A stretch of DNA of 64,000 bases from Planctomycetota bacterium (GTDB lineage: Bacteria; Planctomycetota; UBA8742; UBA2392), in assembly GCA_019636215.1 (NCBI GenBank), contig JAHBXZ010000015.1, positions 11,540-75,539 on the forward strand. Reading direction: 5' to 3'. The notes under the pieces were generated by a model, which saw nothing but the letters and a program-made list of their open reading frames with translations, searched no databases and was not told the origin of the DNA. Both the position numbers and the translations under genes were made by a program. Positions 8,730 to 17,059 of the stretch are shown here, piece by piece (within the stretch, counting starts at the first letter, position 1; each line of letters opens with the position of its first letter).

Positions 8730-10065
8730 GTACCACTTCTGTCGACCCGTCTGCCTTGATGCGTTTCAGAGTCTCTTTGTCTGTATCGCCGATCCACTCC
8801 TTGTAAGCCTTCCCGTAGTCACGTTGAGAGTCTCGGTCTGCACAGAGGATGCCGCCCCCGTCGGCATTGCCAAGATGCTCGTACTTGGACCTCCAGTTCA
8901 TGGGAGTCACTTTCTGCTTGGGGCCTCCGTTCTTGAAGTCAATCTCGCCTCCGATATGACCACACGTACAGGCATCACAGCCCGACGCCTCAACCTTGTA
9001 TACCTTCCATTCTTTGTCTTGGACAGTGTACTCTCGCTCCCGGCGGGAGACGATAAATCGATGAGATACAGTTGTGGCGCTTCCCTTCTGAAGGGCCGTT
9101 GTCTTTTCAACCTTCTTGGTGACCGTTAATCCTCCTCCCGCTCCCTTGTAGCTGCCTGCCAATTTGCCCGTAACCTCAGCCGAATCCGACTTAGACTCAA
9201 CATTTGTGACCTCTATCCGGGTGGACTTCTCGATTACGTCCACATCGGACTCGCGTGACACTCCAGTGGCTATGGCGCTCGACCACTTTCGCGGTGCTCG
9301 CTGGAAGCCTAGGTCTGTGATCGTGCACTCCAGTCCTGTTGCATCCACGAGTTGATTTGCACGGAGCATGCAGTAATCCCACAGATTCCCCCATGGCGTC
9401 GCCGCCGGGTCGGGCGTGGTCCACCGGCCCATGAACACGTCGTAGGTGCGGTTCCAGCAGTAGCAGGTGCCCAGCTCGTTGATGCCACCCTGGGCGCCGG
9501 TGGTGCTGCCGCCGCTTTCGTGGCCGACTTGTGGGGGCACGTACTGATAGCCAGACCACAGCCACTGGCAGCCGCGGTTGTTGGCGCGTTTGCTCAGCAC
9601 TGTGTTGGGTTTGCTCAAGGCCCCGGTCGTCGGGTCCACGCCCGGGGGTGCGACCAGGCGATAAGTTTTGCCATCAGCGCCCAAGCCGGTGGCGTCGCCG
9701 AACACTTCCACCCGCGTGGCCGTGGGCACGGCAAAGATGGTCAGGAAGCTGGGTTTTTCAACGTCGGCAATGATTGTCCACCCCACCATGTAACTCTGGA
9801 AATCCGCGTTTTCGTCGGTGAAGCGGGTGACATTCAGAAACGGCAAGTGGTTCGGGTCATCGGTCCACTCGCCGCCGGTCGTGTTGTCGCCGGTGTAGAA
9901 GTCATAGACCACAAACCCCTGGGTCTGCCCGTTCAGGGCCGCATACACCGGGGCCGAAGCCCCGCCCACATCGGCCACCACAATCGTGCTGGAGGTGGTG
10001 TCACTCACCCGCGCCGTGATGTAACGGTCGCCCGTGCTGCCCGGCCTTGAGATCACCAGTTCCAT
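8650..10065 (-). CDS. Polymorphic toxin: novel N-terminal domain plus RHS-repeat-associated core motif plus unrecognised ~226-aa C-terminal toxin domain
   Basis: YCWNRTYDVFMGRWTTPDPAATPWGNLWDYCMLRANQLVDATGLE matches the RHS core consensus (RYYDPxxGRFxxxDP...NLYxY...DPxGL). There are no YD repeats upstream. GC drops sharply right after DATGL (9331-9345). The ORF track start is 10074 (MARMEL...). Confidence 0.8.
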   Translation of the reverse strand: MELVISRPGSTGDRYITARVSDTTSSTIVVADVGGASAPVYAALNGQTQGFVVYDFYTGDNTTGGEWTDDPNHLPFLNVTRFTDENADFQSYMVGWTIIADVEKPSFLTIFAVPTATRVEVFGDATGLGADGKTYRLVAPPGVDPTTGALSKPNTVLSKRANNRGCQWLWSGYQYVPPQVGHESGGSTTGAQGGINELGTCYCWNRTYDVFMGRWTTPDPAATPWGNLWDYCMLRANQLVDATGLECTITDLGFQRAPRKWSSAIATGVSRESDVDVIEKSTRIEVTNVESKSDSAEVTGKLAGSYKGAGGGLTVTKKVEKTTALQKGSATTVSHRFIVSRREREYTVQDKEWKVYKVEASGCDACTCGHIGGEIDFKNGGPKQKVTPMNWRSKYEHLGNADGGGILCADRDSQRDYGKAYKEWIGDTDKETLKRIKADGSTEVVLEGADRTNINRKAQEIHDAGVDAWLR

Positions 10066-10259
10066 GCGTGCCATCCATCTGGCTGGTCTAAACTGGTAGG
10101 CGTCCGGACGATTCTAAAGGCCCGCGATTACGTGTCCCTCAATGCCCGAAGTCGGCGATGAAGTCGCCTAACTTCTAGAACCAATGAGAGGTTTGTCACC
10201 GCCAGCAGCGACGCAAGGACATATATGCCCCATTCCGATACGTATTCCATGGCTCCCGA

Positions 10260-10814
10260 TCACTCCCCCCAATGTGACTTCCATTGACCACGCATGTATC
10301 CAGGGACAGCCGATGCGGAATTGCTGCTCCGACTGTCGACCTCTGATTTGCCAAGATCCTCATCCCAGCTTCTTGGTTGTCCACCTGCACTTTCAATCTG
10401 ACCCGGACCGCCTTTGCACCGTCGATATGGGCATCTTGATGCATTGAGGCAATTGTACTGCCTGTCCGCCTCGTCTTTCGATGCAGCGAACGTGTACCTT
10501 GCAAACTTGGTCCATTGATTCTCCCAAGAATACGTAGTAACGCCGCCAACAACAGTCCACTTTTCATCCCATATGCGTCGCTCTCGGGTCAGCTCTTTTA
10601 CCAGGTCCCATACACCGAGACCCAGCCCACCAATGGCGACGATTGCCTCAAGCAATCTGCGAAGCGGGTTCTTATCTATAATGACTGCGACCAAAGCGAC
10701 AGCTCCGAACACTAAAGGGGTCAGGCTACTTTGTTTCGTCTGATTGACTGGCGGTTGTGAAGGTGACGCTCCTTGGCCGGTCGGTGTTTCAGGACTTCCG
10801 GTTGTGGGTGCCAT
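10260..10814 (-). CDS. Hypothetical membrane protein (low-GC island)
   Basis: 184-aa ORF with a Pro/Gly/Thr-rich N-terminus and two hydrophobic helices (LVFGAVALVAVII; AIVAIGGLGLGVW). It lies directly upstream of the toxin gene on the same strand. Confidence 0.5.
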   Translation of the reverse strand: MAPTTGSPETPTGQGASPSQPPVNQTKQSSLTPLVFGAVALVAVIIDKNPLRRLLEAIVAIGGLGLGVWDLVKELTRERRIWDEKWTVVGGVTTYSWENQWTKFARYTFAASKDEADRQYNCLNASRCPYRRCKGGPGQIESAGGQPRSWDEDLGKSEVDSRSSNSASAVPGYMRGQWKSHWGE

Positions 10815-10849
10815 CCCCTTGCTACTCCTGGTCCGCGTCCGCGCATCTA

Positions 10850-11400
10850 CCGTGACACCGCGGCCTGCATTCTACCCGGGCCTGAGGCCGCGTGCCAAGC
10901 TAACCGCGGTCCGGGCAGTGCCTCAGGTTGACCCACAGTCCGGGCGCAAGGCCGAGGGGCGGCGCTTGCCATGGCGTCGCCCCCGCCCTGGCAGGCGGGG
11001 CTGTCGGCGGCCCAAAGTCCATCGAGACACTTCCTGCGCCCCCTGGGGCGCGGGCACGGGGAACGCCGCATCCCCACGGCTGAAGCCGTGGGCGAGATTC
11101 CCGCGCCACTCCGTGGCCAAGGGCCTGCCTTGGGTTGTTGCCAAACCAACCAAGCAGGCCCGGGCAGTGGTGCCGGAGCTTGCCGTACTCTGTCGCCCCT
11201 GCCGGGGCTTGGGTTGGGTGAGGCCTGTTTCCCCGGGCTTCCGCCCGGGGCTACGTTCTGTCGGCCCAGTGGGCCTAAAGGATGTAAGGGCTTGTCCTGA
11301 GCCTGTCGAAGGGCGCTTCGTGCGCCTGTTCGCTGACCCTTCCCTTTCGCCAAGGCTTCTGCCGGCGGGTGGGGCTCTGGTTGGTGACGTGCGGTTTGGA
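10850..11400. repeat. Cluster of GC-rich REP-like palindromic units
   Basis: Non-coding stretch with hairpins such as CCCACGGC-TGAA-GCCGTGGG (11073-11092). Motifs include GGGCTACGTTCTGTCGGCCC and CCTGAGCCTGTCGAAGGGC, of the kind that produce spurious ...ATFCRPSGPKG... and ...PEPVEGR... ORFs in GC-rich genomes. Confidence 0.5.
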
Positions 11401-11406
11401 TTTCGG

Positions 11407-13191
11407 TCAGTGGTTGGTGCCGAACTCGGTGGTCATCAGCAGGGCGAACAGCAGGTCTTCGGCGGCCTGGGGTTTGTTGCCGTTGGCGGCCATGAAGTCG
11501 CCGGCGCGCCTGGCCTCGGCCTCGGTCGGTCGGCGAGACAGCACGTGCAGGTAAACGGCCTCGATGCGCCTGTCAGCGGCGAACTCGCGGGTGATGCGGC
11601 CCAGCAGGCCTTCGGGCGTATTGGCAGCAAGCCCGTTGGTGAACGCGCCGTTGAGCACCAGCAGGGCCTGGTCAATGCTGCCGGTGAAGCCCTCGCTGGC
11701 GTTCATTTCGTCGTCCTGGCTCAGTGCCGCAAAGCGCCCGGCGCCAAAGCGGGTGATGTAGGTGCGCGCCGGAATGGCCTTGAAGCCCTTGCTGAACTTG
11801 TCCCAGGCCTGCAGGTCGTACTTGTAGCGCGGGCGGTTGGGCTCGACCTTGCCTTCGTCGGCGGCCTGTTTGTTCCTGGCCAGTTCAGCGGCGAAGCGGT
11901 CCAGTGCGGCGTCGCGGGACTGCTTGACGTTGTCGGCGATCTGCCTGTCGCTCATCAGGTTCAGCAGCGCGCCGATGAACTGGTCGGCAGAAAGTTGCCG
12001 CACCGGGTAGGCCGCGAAGTGCCAGGGCTGGGCCTTTTTGTCGGCCCCTGCACTGGAAAGCTGGTAGGCGCGCGAGTTCAGCATTGCGCGGTACAGCGCG
12101 CGCAGGTTCCAGCCGCTGTCGCGCAGCAGGTCGGCCAGCCAGTCCAGCAGCTCGGGGTGGCTGGCGCTATTGACGGGCGTGAAGTCGTCCACCGGGTTCA
12201 CGATGCCGCTGCCGAACGCGAAGCTCCACAGCCGGTTGGCGACATAGCGCCGGGTCTGGATGTTGTCGTCGCTTACCAGCCAGTCGGCGTAGGTGGTGCG
12301 CCATGATGCGGCGTCTTTGTGCTCGGCCTTGGCGCCGTCGGGCGTGCTGGGCTGGATGAAGCGCCAGTAGGTCTCGACCTGTTCGCGCTGGTCAGCGCGC
12401 AGGGTCATGCGTTTGTTGTAAAGGTCCACCACACGTTTCACGGCGCCTGGTTCCTCAAACACAAAAGCCCGGGCAGGCTGAATGCCGTTGTCCACCTGGG
12501 CGCGGGTGACGGCAAACCAGCTGGCGTAGCCCTCAAAGACTTTCTGGGTCAGCGCCGGGTCATAGTGGTGGTCGTGGCACTGGGCGCACTGGATCTGCAC
12601 CCCGCGCAGGCCGCGCGAAAGCTTGCCTACAAGGTCGGCCAGCTGGATGCCCTGGCCGTCGGCAAAGTAAGGCACAATCGCGGGGTTGTCGGCAAGGTCG
12701 CCCTGTGCTGTGACAATCCGCCGCATGATCTTGTCAAAGCCGGTGCCGTTGTTCAGTTCGCCCGCAATCCAGCTGGCAAACCACTGGTTGCCCGAAAGCG
12801 GGTTGCCGTCGCGGTTGGAAAGCAGCAGCGCCCACTGGGTGCCGAAGTGCTGGCCCCAGCGCGGGTCCATCAACAGGTCGTTGATCAGCCGCGCACGCTT
12901 GTCGGGGGCCCGGTCATCAAGGAAGGCCAGGGCCTCGGCATAGCTGGGCGGCGCGCCCACGGTGTCCAGGTACACGCGGCGCAGGAACTCCTCGTCGCTG
13001 GCGGGTTTGGCGGGCTTGATGCCGTCGCGTGCCCAGACGCGGGCGATCTCGGCGTCAATGGAAAGGGGCGCGGGTTCGGCGCGGGTGTTGCCGGCATCGG
13101 CCTGTGGCGCGGGGGCATCCTGGGCCAAGGAGATGGCCGCACCGCAACAAAGCAGACAGCCAAGGGCGCTCAACGCCAGCAGGGTACGCAT
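11407..13191 (-). CDS. DUF1549/DUF1553 domain protein (planctomycete PSD-type)
   Basis: 594 aa with a signal peptide. FLRRVYLDTVGAPPSYAEALAFLDD is the DUF1549 signature. QCAQCHDHHYDP is present, with a DUF1553-like C-terminal half. Confidence 0.9.
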   Translation of the reverse strand: MRTLLALSALGCLLCCGAAISLAQDAPAPQADAGNTRAEPAPLSIDAEIARVWARDGIKPAKPASDEEFLRRVYLDTVGAPPSYAEALAFLDDRAPDKRARLINDLLMDPRWGQHFGTQWALLLSNRDGNPLSGNQWFASWIAGELNNGTGFDKIMRRIVTAQGDLADNPAIVPYFADGQGIQLADLVGKLSRGLRGVQIQCAQCHDHHYDPALTQKVFEGYASWFAVTRAQVDNGIQPARAFVFEEPGAVKRVVDLYNKRMTLRADQREQVETYWRFIQPSTPDGAKAEHKDAASWRTTYADWLVSDDNIQTRRYVANRLWSFAFGSGIVNPVDDFTPVNSASHPELLDWLADLLRDSGWNLRALYRAMLNSRAYQLSSAGADKKAQPWHFAAYPVRQLSADQFIGALLNLMSDRQIADNVKQSRDAALDRFAAELARNKQAADEGKVEPNRPRYKYDLQAWDKFSKGFKAIPARTYITRFGAGRFAALSQDDEMNASEGFTGSIDQALLVLNGAFTNGLAANTPEGLLGRITREFAADRRIEAVYLHVLSRRPTEAEARRAGDFMAANGNKPQAAEDLLFALLMTTEFGTNH

Positions 13192-13336
13192 GGGAATCTC
13201 CGTGCCCGGTTATTGTGACTTGGAACCAGGGGATTTCGCCGGGAAAAGGCGATGGCGCGACCGAGAATGGCCGCGCGGACCTGTCGCCATGTGACGTGGC
13301 ATCGGCGTCCCGCCGATGCGTCTGCAGGCGCGTCCC

Positions 13337-13378
13337 GCCCCTGCCCCTGCCCCTGCCCCTGCCCCTGCCCCTGCCCCT
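13337..13378. repeat. Perfect hexanucleotide microsatellite (GCCCCT)x7
   Basis: Read directly at 13337-13378, in the divergent intergenic region between the DUF1549 gene start (13191) and the proS start (13672). Confidence 0.97.
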
Positions 13379-13671
13379 GCTCATGGCCCTCCCGGTAACA
13401 CTGTGCGTTGCCGGGGCGTTGCTGCGCAACCGGCGATGCCACGCACGCCACCGGGGCGGCGCCCACACCCAGGTCTTGACACGTCAACACCGCACGCTAT
13501 TCTGCACCCATGCGCCACACGATTTCCAGCCGCGCCATGACTGCCCGACCGTGAAGCCGGCCGCGTCATCCTTTCAACCCTTGTAATTGAACCCATCAAG
13601 GCAACAATCCGCGCCTCGCGCCGGGGTTGCCGCTTTGGCACCGGCACCGCCCGTGCCACGAAAGGCCTGTC

Positions 13672-15204
13672 ATGGCAAAGAACATCAAGACCCGCGCCGA
13701 AGACTACGCGCAATGGTATCTCGACGTCATCAAGGCCGCGCAACTGGCCGATTATTCGCCCGTGCGCGGCTGCATGGTGATCCGGCCCGATGGATTCGCG
13801 ATCTGGGAAGCCATACAGCGCGAACTCGACCGGCGCTTCAAGGAAACCGGCCACGTCAACGCGTACTTCCCCCTGCTGATCCCCCAGAGCTTCCTGACCA
13901 AAGAAGCCCAGCACATTGAGGGCTTCGCGATGGAATGCGCGATTGTCACGCATTCCAAACTGGAGAAAGGCCCCGATGGCAAGCTGGCCCCCGCCGGCGA
14001 ACTGGAAGAACCCCTGATCATCCGCCCCACCAGTGAAACGGTGATCGGGCACATGTACGCCCAGTGGGTGCAAAGCTATCGCGACCTGCCCGTGCTGATC
14101 AACCAGTGGTGCAACGTGATGCGCTGGGAGATGCGCACCCGCCTGTTTCTGCGCACCGCCGAGTTCCTGTGGCAGGAAGGCCACACCGCGCACGAGACCG
14201 AACAGGAAGCCCAGGAAGAAACCCTGCGCATGCTCGAGGTCTACCGCGAGTTCGCCGAAGACGTGCTGGCGATTCCCGTCATCAAGGGCCGCAAGACCGA
14301 GGCCGAAAAGTTCCCCGGCGCGGACGTCACTTACACGATTGAAGGCCTGATGCAGGACGGAAAGGCCCTGCAATGCGGGACCAGCCATAACCTGGGGCAG
14401 AACTTCTCAAGGGCCTTTGACATCAAGTTCACCGGCCGCGACCAGAAGCTGCAGCACGCCTGGACCACAAGCTGGGGAGTCAGCACAAGGCTGATCGGCG
14501 CGATGATCATGGCCCACAGTGACGATGAGGGGTTGATTCTGCCCCCCCGCGTTGCGCCCTGCGTGGCGGTGATCATTCCCATCTTCAAGACCGACGACGA
14601 ACACAAGAAGGTCGCCGAGGCCTGCCTGAAGCTGGCCGGGCAACTATGCGGCGAAACCGAAGTCGAAGCCGCCCGCAAGCGCCAGGGCGGGCGCGACCTG
14701 CTGAGCGTGTTCTTTGACAAGCTGACCGGCCAGACCGTGATCATTGACAACCGCGACATGCGCCCCGGCGACAAGCAGTACCACTGGGAACAGCGCGGCC
14801 TGCCCTTCCGCATCGAGATCGGCCCCCGCGACGTGGATGGCGGGGCGTTTGTGCTCAAGCGCCGACTGGACCGCGGCAAGGAAACTGTGCAGTTCGGCGC
14901 GGCCACGCGGGACTGGCTGCGCACCAAGCTGGATGAAGCCCACGGGGCGATTCACGCCCGCGCCCGTGAGCACCAGCAGCGCAGTATCAGCGACGCCGCC
15001 AGCTACGAGGAACTCAAGCAGAAGCTGGCCGGCGGCGGCTTCGTGCGCTGCTTCTTCAGGCCTGACAAGGCCACGGAGGCGCGCATCAAGGAAGAAACCA
15101 AGGCCACCGTGCGCTGCATACCCCTGGAGACCGAGCACGAACGCGGCAAGTGTGTCGTAAGCGGGCAAGAAGGCCAGAAGGTGCTGTTCGCCGTGGCGTA
15201 TTAG
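13672..15204 (+). CDS. proS: Prolyl-tRNA synthetase (archaeal/eukaryote-like class II form)
   Basis: MAKNIKTRAEDYAQWYLDVIKAAQLADYSPVRGCMVIRPDGFAIWE..., class II motifs, terminal ...VLFAVAY. The ORF track starts at 13627; the ATG at 13672 fits family N-termini. Confidence 0.95.
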   Translation: MAKNIKTRAEDYAQWYLDVIKAAQLADYSPVRGCMVIRPDGFAIWEAIQRELDRRFKETGHVNAYFPLLIPQSFLTKEAQHIEGFAMECAIVTHSKLEKGPDGKLAPAGELEEPLIIRPTSETVIGHMYAQWVQSYRDLPVLINQWCNVMRWEMRTRLFLRTAEFLWQEGHTAHETEQEAQEETLRMLEVYREFAEDVLAIPVIKGRKTEAEKFPGADVTYTIEGLMQDGKALQCGTSHNLGQNFSRAFDIKFTGRDQKLQHAWTTSWGVSTRLIGAMIMAHSDDEGLILPPRVAPCVAVIIPIFKTDDEHKKVAEACLKLAGQLCGETEVEAARKRQGGRDLLSVFFDKLTGQTVIIDNRDMRPGDKQYHWEQRGLPFRIEIGPRDVDGGAFVLKRRLDRGKETVQFGAATRDWLRTKLDEAHGAIHARAREHQQRSISDAASYEELKQKLAGGGFVRCFFRPDKATEARIKEETKATVRCIPLETEHERGKCVVSGQEGQKVLFAVAY

Positions 15205-15216
15205 GTTGACGATTTT

Positions 15217-15245
15217 GCTAACGCCCGCCCAAGGCGGGCGTTAGC
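15217..15245 (+). terminator. Hairpin terminator after proS
   Basis: GCTAACGCCCGCC-CAA-GGCGGGCGTTAGC is a perfect 13-bp stem 13 nt after the stop codon. The T-tract is weak (CTTTAAT). Confidence 0.6.
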
Positions 15246-15304
15246 CTTTAATCACCCCTCGAACAGCTCTGTGTCAGTCAAAGCAGGCCCCCGACCAGGA
15301 TGAG

Positions 15305-15895
15305 TTGGCCATGAAGATGTGGCGTTGGATTCTGCTGGCGCAACTGGTGGTCTTGCCTGGGCTGGCCTTGGTCCTGTGGCTTGGTTCGGCTGACCAGCCC
15401 GTCAACGAAGGCCCTGAACACCAACCGGCGGTGGCCGATGAAACCCAGCCGATTCCAACTGATCCCGGCGAGCTGAAGCAGCCCGTGGTTGTCTGGACGT
15501 CCAAAGGCTCCTTCGACCCCATGCACGTGCGGAACCTGGACGCGGTTGATCCGCGCCGAGTTCGTGTCGCTGGCATCAGTTGGGCTGGCACCGAGGGGGC
15601 AGAGAAAGGAGACGAACTTGTTGCCGCCATTAATGAGCTGTGGCGCGCTTTCAAAGCTGGCGACAAGTCTGCGGTGGACGCAATTCTCGAAAGGGAACGC
15701 GACGTCGTCCGGCTCGGGTACGAGATTGTGGATGTCGATGAGACAGGTGTGCGACTCACGGCGCGCTCAGGACGGTCCGGCAGGTTCAACCCGGATGGCG
15801 AACCTGTGGGCAACAACGGCCAGGTCGAACCCATGCCCTTTGGTCGCCACACGTTCGGCCCCTGGGACACCGGGCGCGCTGTAGAGCTACGCTGA
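15305..15895 (+). CDS. Hypothetical secreted protein
   Basis: 196-aa ORF with a signal-peptide-like N-terminus (WRWILLAQLVVLPGLALVLWLGSA). No motif recognised. Confidence 0.55.
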   Translation: MAMKMWRWILLAQLVVLPGLALVLWLGSADQPVNEGPEHQPAVADETQPIPTDPGELKQPVVVWTSKGSFDPMHVRNLDAVDPRRVRVAGISWAGTEGAEKGDELVAAINELWRAFKAGDKSAVDAILERERDVVRLGYEIVDVDETGVRLTARSGRSGRFNPDGEPVGNNGQVEPMPFGRHTFGPWDTGRAVELR

Positions 15896-15960
15896 GCGCG
15901 CACAGGGGCGGAGCAGTTTCAGCGCAACCCGGCCGCGCGGCGAAAGTCGCGGGAACCATG

Positions 15961-15994
15961 GCAAGGCCCCGGGCGTACTTGCCTGGGGCCTTGC
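15961..15994. terminator. Hairpin between convergent genes (possible bidirectional terminator)
   Basis: GCAAGGCCCC (15961-15970) pairs with GGGGCCTTGC (15985-15994). Confidence 0.4.
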
Positions 15995-16042
15995 GGTTGG
16001 CGTTGCATCAGGGGGCGGGCTGTTGGCTTATGCAATCGCCGG

Positions 16043-16852
16043 TTACCTGCCGAAATCTGCGCGGCTGAGTGTGGTTTCCAGCTCCAGCCCGGCCTTGGCA
16101 GGTCTGCGAGCCGGCCTGGCCGGGCCGTCGCGTTCGATGTCTTTGCCGATCAGCATGGCGCCGATGCGAGCCGAGCCACCCTTGTAGAAGCCGACCTCGC
16201 CCTGGTAGGCAGCCGGGTTGCGGAAGGTGCCGAACACCATGTCCCACAACGGCAGGTCGGCGTAGTTGTAGCGATGCACACGACGCCCATGGTGAACCGC
16301 GTGCGACTCCGGGCGCTGGATGATGTAACCCAGCCAGCGCGGAGTGCGGATGTTGGCGTGCTGGAACATGGCAAAGAACGTCAGCGCCACGGCCATCAGG
16401 CCGCCGGCCTCCGGTGACAGGCCCAGCAGCGGGTACCCGACCAGCGTGGCCAGCAGCGTGAAGACCGTGGCATCAATGGGCGAGATGTAGTAGGCGCCGA
16501 AGGCATCCAGCGATTCCGCGCTGTGGTGCATCTGGTGCGAGAATCGCCACAGGGGCCGCCAGGTGTGCGACGCCCGGTGAAACCAGTAGTGCCCGAACTC
16601 GTACACGAATACGCCCACGGCGGCGCCGCCCAGCATGCCCCAGCCGCTGAGGTCAAACAGTGTCATGCCCGGCCAGAATTCGCCGAACCACACACCCACC
16701 TGGTAGGTCAGCACGACAATGGCGGCCGTCACGATGAACGAGTACAGGCGCCAGAATCGCGGCGTGTCGAACCTGCGCGCCTTCACAAAAAAGTCCAGCA
16801 GCAGAAACGCGGGGATAAGCCCCAGCGCAACCCATCCAAGAATCTCAGCCAT
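16043..16852 (-). CDS. Fatty acid hydroxylase / sterol desaturase superfamily membrane protein
   Basis: Histidine boxes HYWFH, HQMHH and HAVHHG, plus several TM helices. Confidence 0.85.
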   Translation of the reverse strand: MAEILGWVALGLIPAFLLLDFFVKARRFDTPRFWRLYSFIVTAAIVVLTYQVGVWFGEFWPGMTLFDLSGWGMLGGAAVGVFVYEFGHYWFHRASHTWRPLWRFSHQMHHSAESLDAFGAYYISPIDATVFTLLATLVGYPLLGLSPEAGGLMAVALTFFAMFQHANIRTPRWLGYIIQRPESHAVHHGRRVHRYNYADLPLWDMVFGTFRNPAAYQGEVGFYKGGSARIGAMLIGKDIERDGPARPARRPAKAGLELETTLSRADFGR

Positions 16853-16887
16853 GGCGACAATCTCCTTATCAGTTCTGGTTCGTATCT

Positions 16888-16905
16888 ATACCGACTAGTT
16901 GGTAT
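16888..16905. promoter_or_regulatory. 18-bp near-palindrome, candidate TetR operator
   Basis: ATACCGACTAGTTGGTAT (16 of 18 positions symmetric) in the divergent desaturase/tetR intergenic region. Confidence 0.4.
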
Positions 16906-17036
16906 CCTACGAATGGCGCCCCGTCCAGAAGAATTTCCATTTTTCGCCTGAGTTTCTGGCTGATCGCCATAGATGCCGATGTTCAGGCGGTTAAAGCAGC
17001 ACGGGCCGGACACCGCCCGGGCCCTTGCGGAAACAA

Positions 17037-17051
17037 ACTAAACAGTCTAGT
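17037..17051. promoter_or_regulatory. 15-bp near-palindrome, second candidate operator overlapping a -10-like TATAAG
   Basis: ACTAAACAGTCTAGT shares the ACTAG core with 16888-16905. TATAAG at 17051-17056 lies only 3 nt before the ATG at 17060, so the mRNA may be leaderless. Confidence 0.35.
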
Positions 17052-17059
17052 ATAAGCCC

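Noticed and set aside
7560-10850. Low-GC island as a prophage or IS element
   Set aside because: There is no integrase, transposase, terminal inverted repeat, tRNA target or phage structural gene. Only the toxin, immunity and membrane ORFs are present.
10744-12306. 520-aa + strand ORF spanning the repeat block and the DUF1549/1553 gene
   Set aside because: The first third is a translation of REP-like repeats (…RLKPWA…, …PEPVEGR…). The remainder is antisense to a well-supported CDS.
13337-13378. Possible CRISPR array (this repeat and the one at 42972-43125)
   Set aside because: The repeats are contiguous with no unique spacers. The unit sizes (6 bp and 65 bp) and copy numbers do not fit CRISPR, and there are no cas genes in the window.
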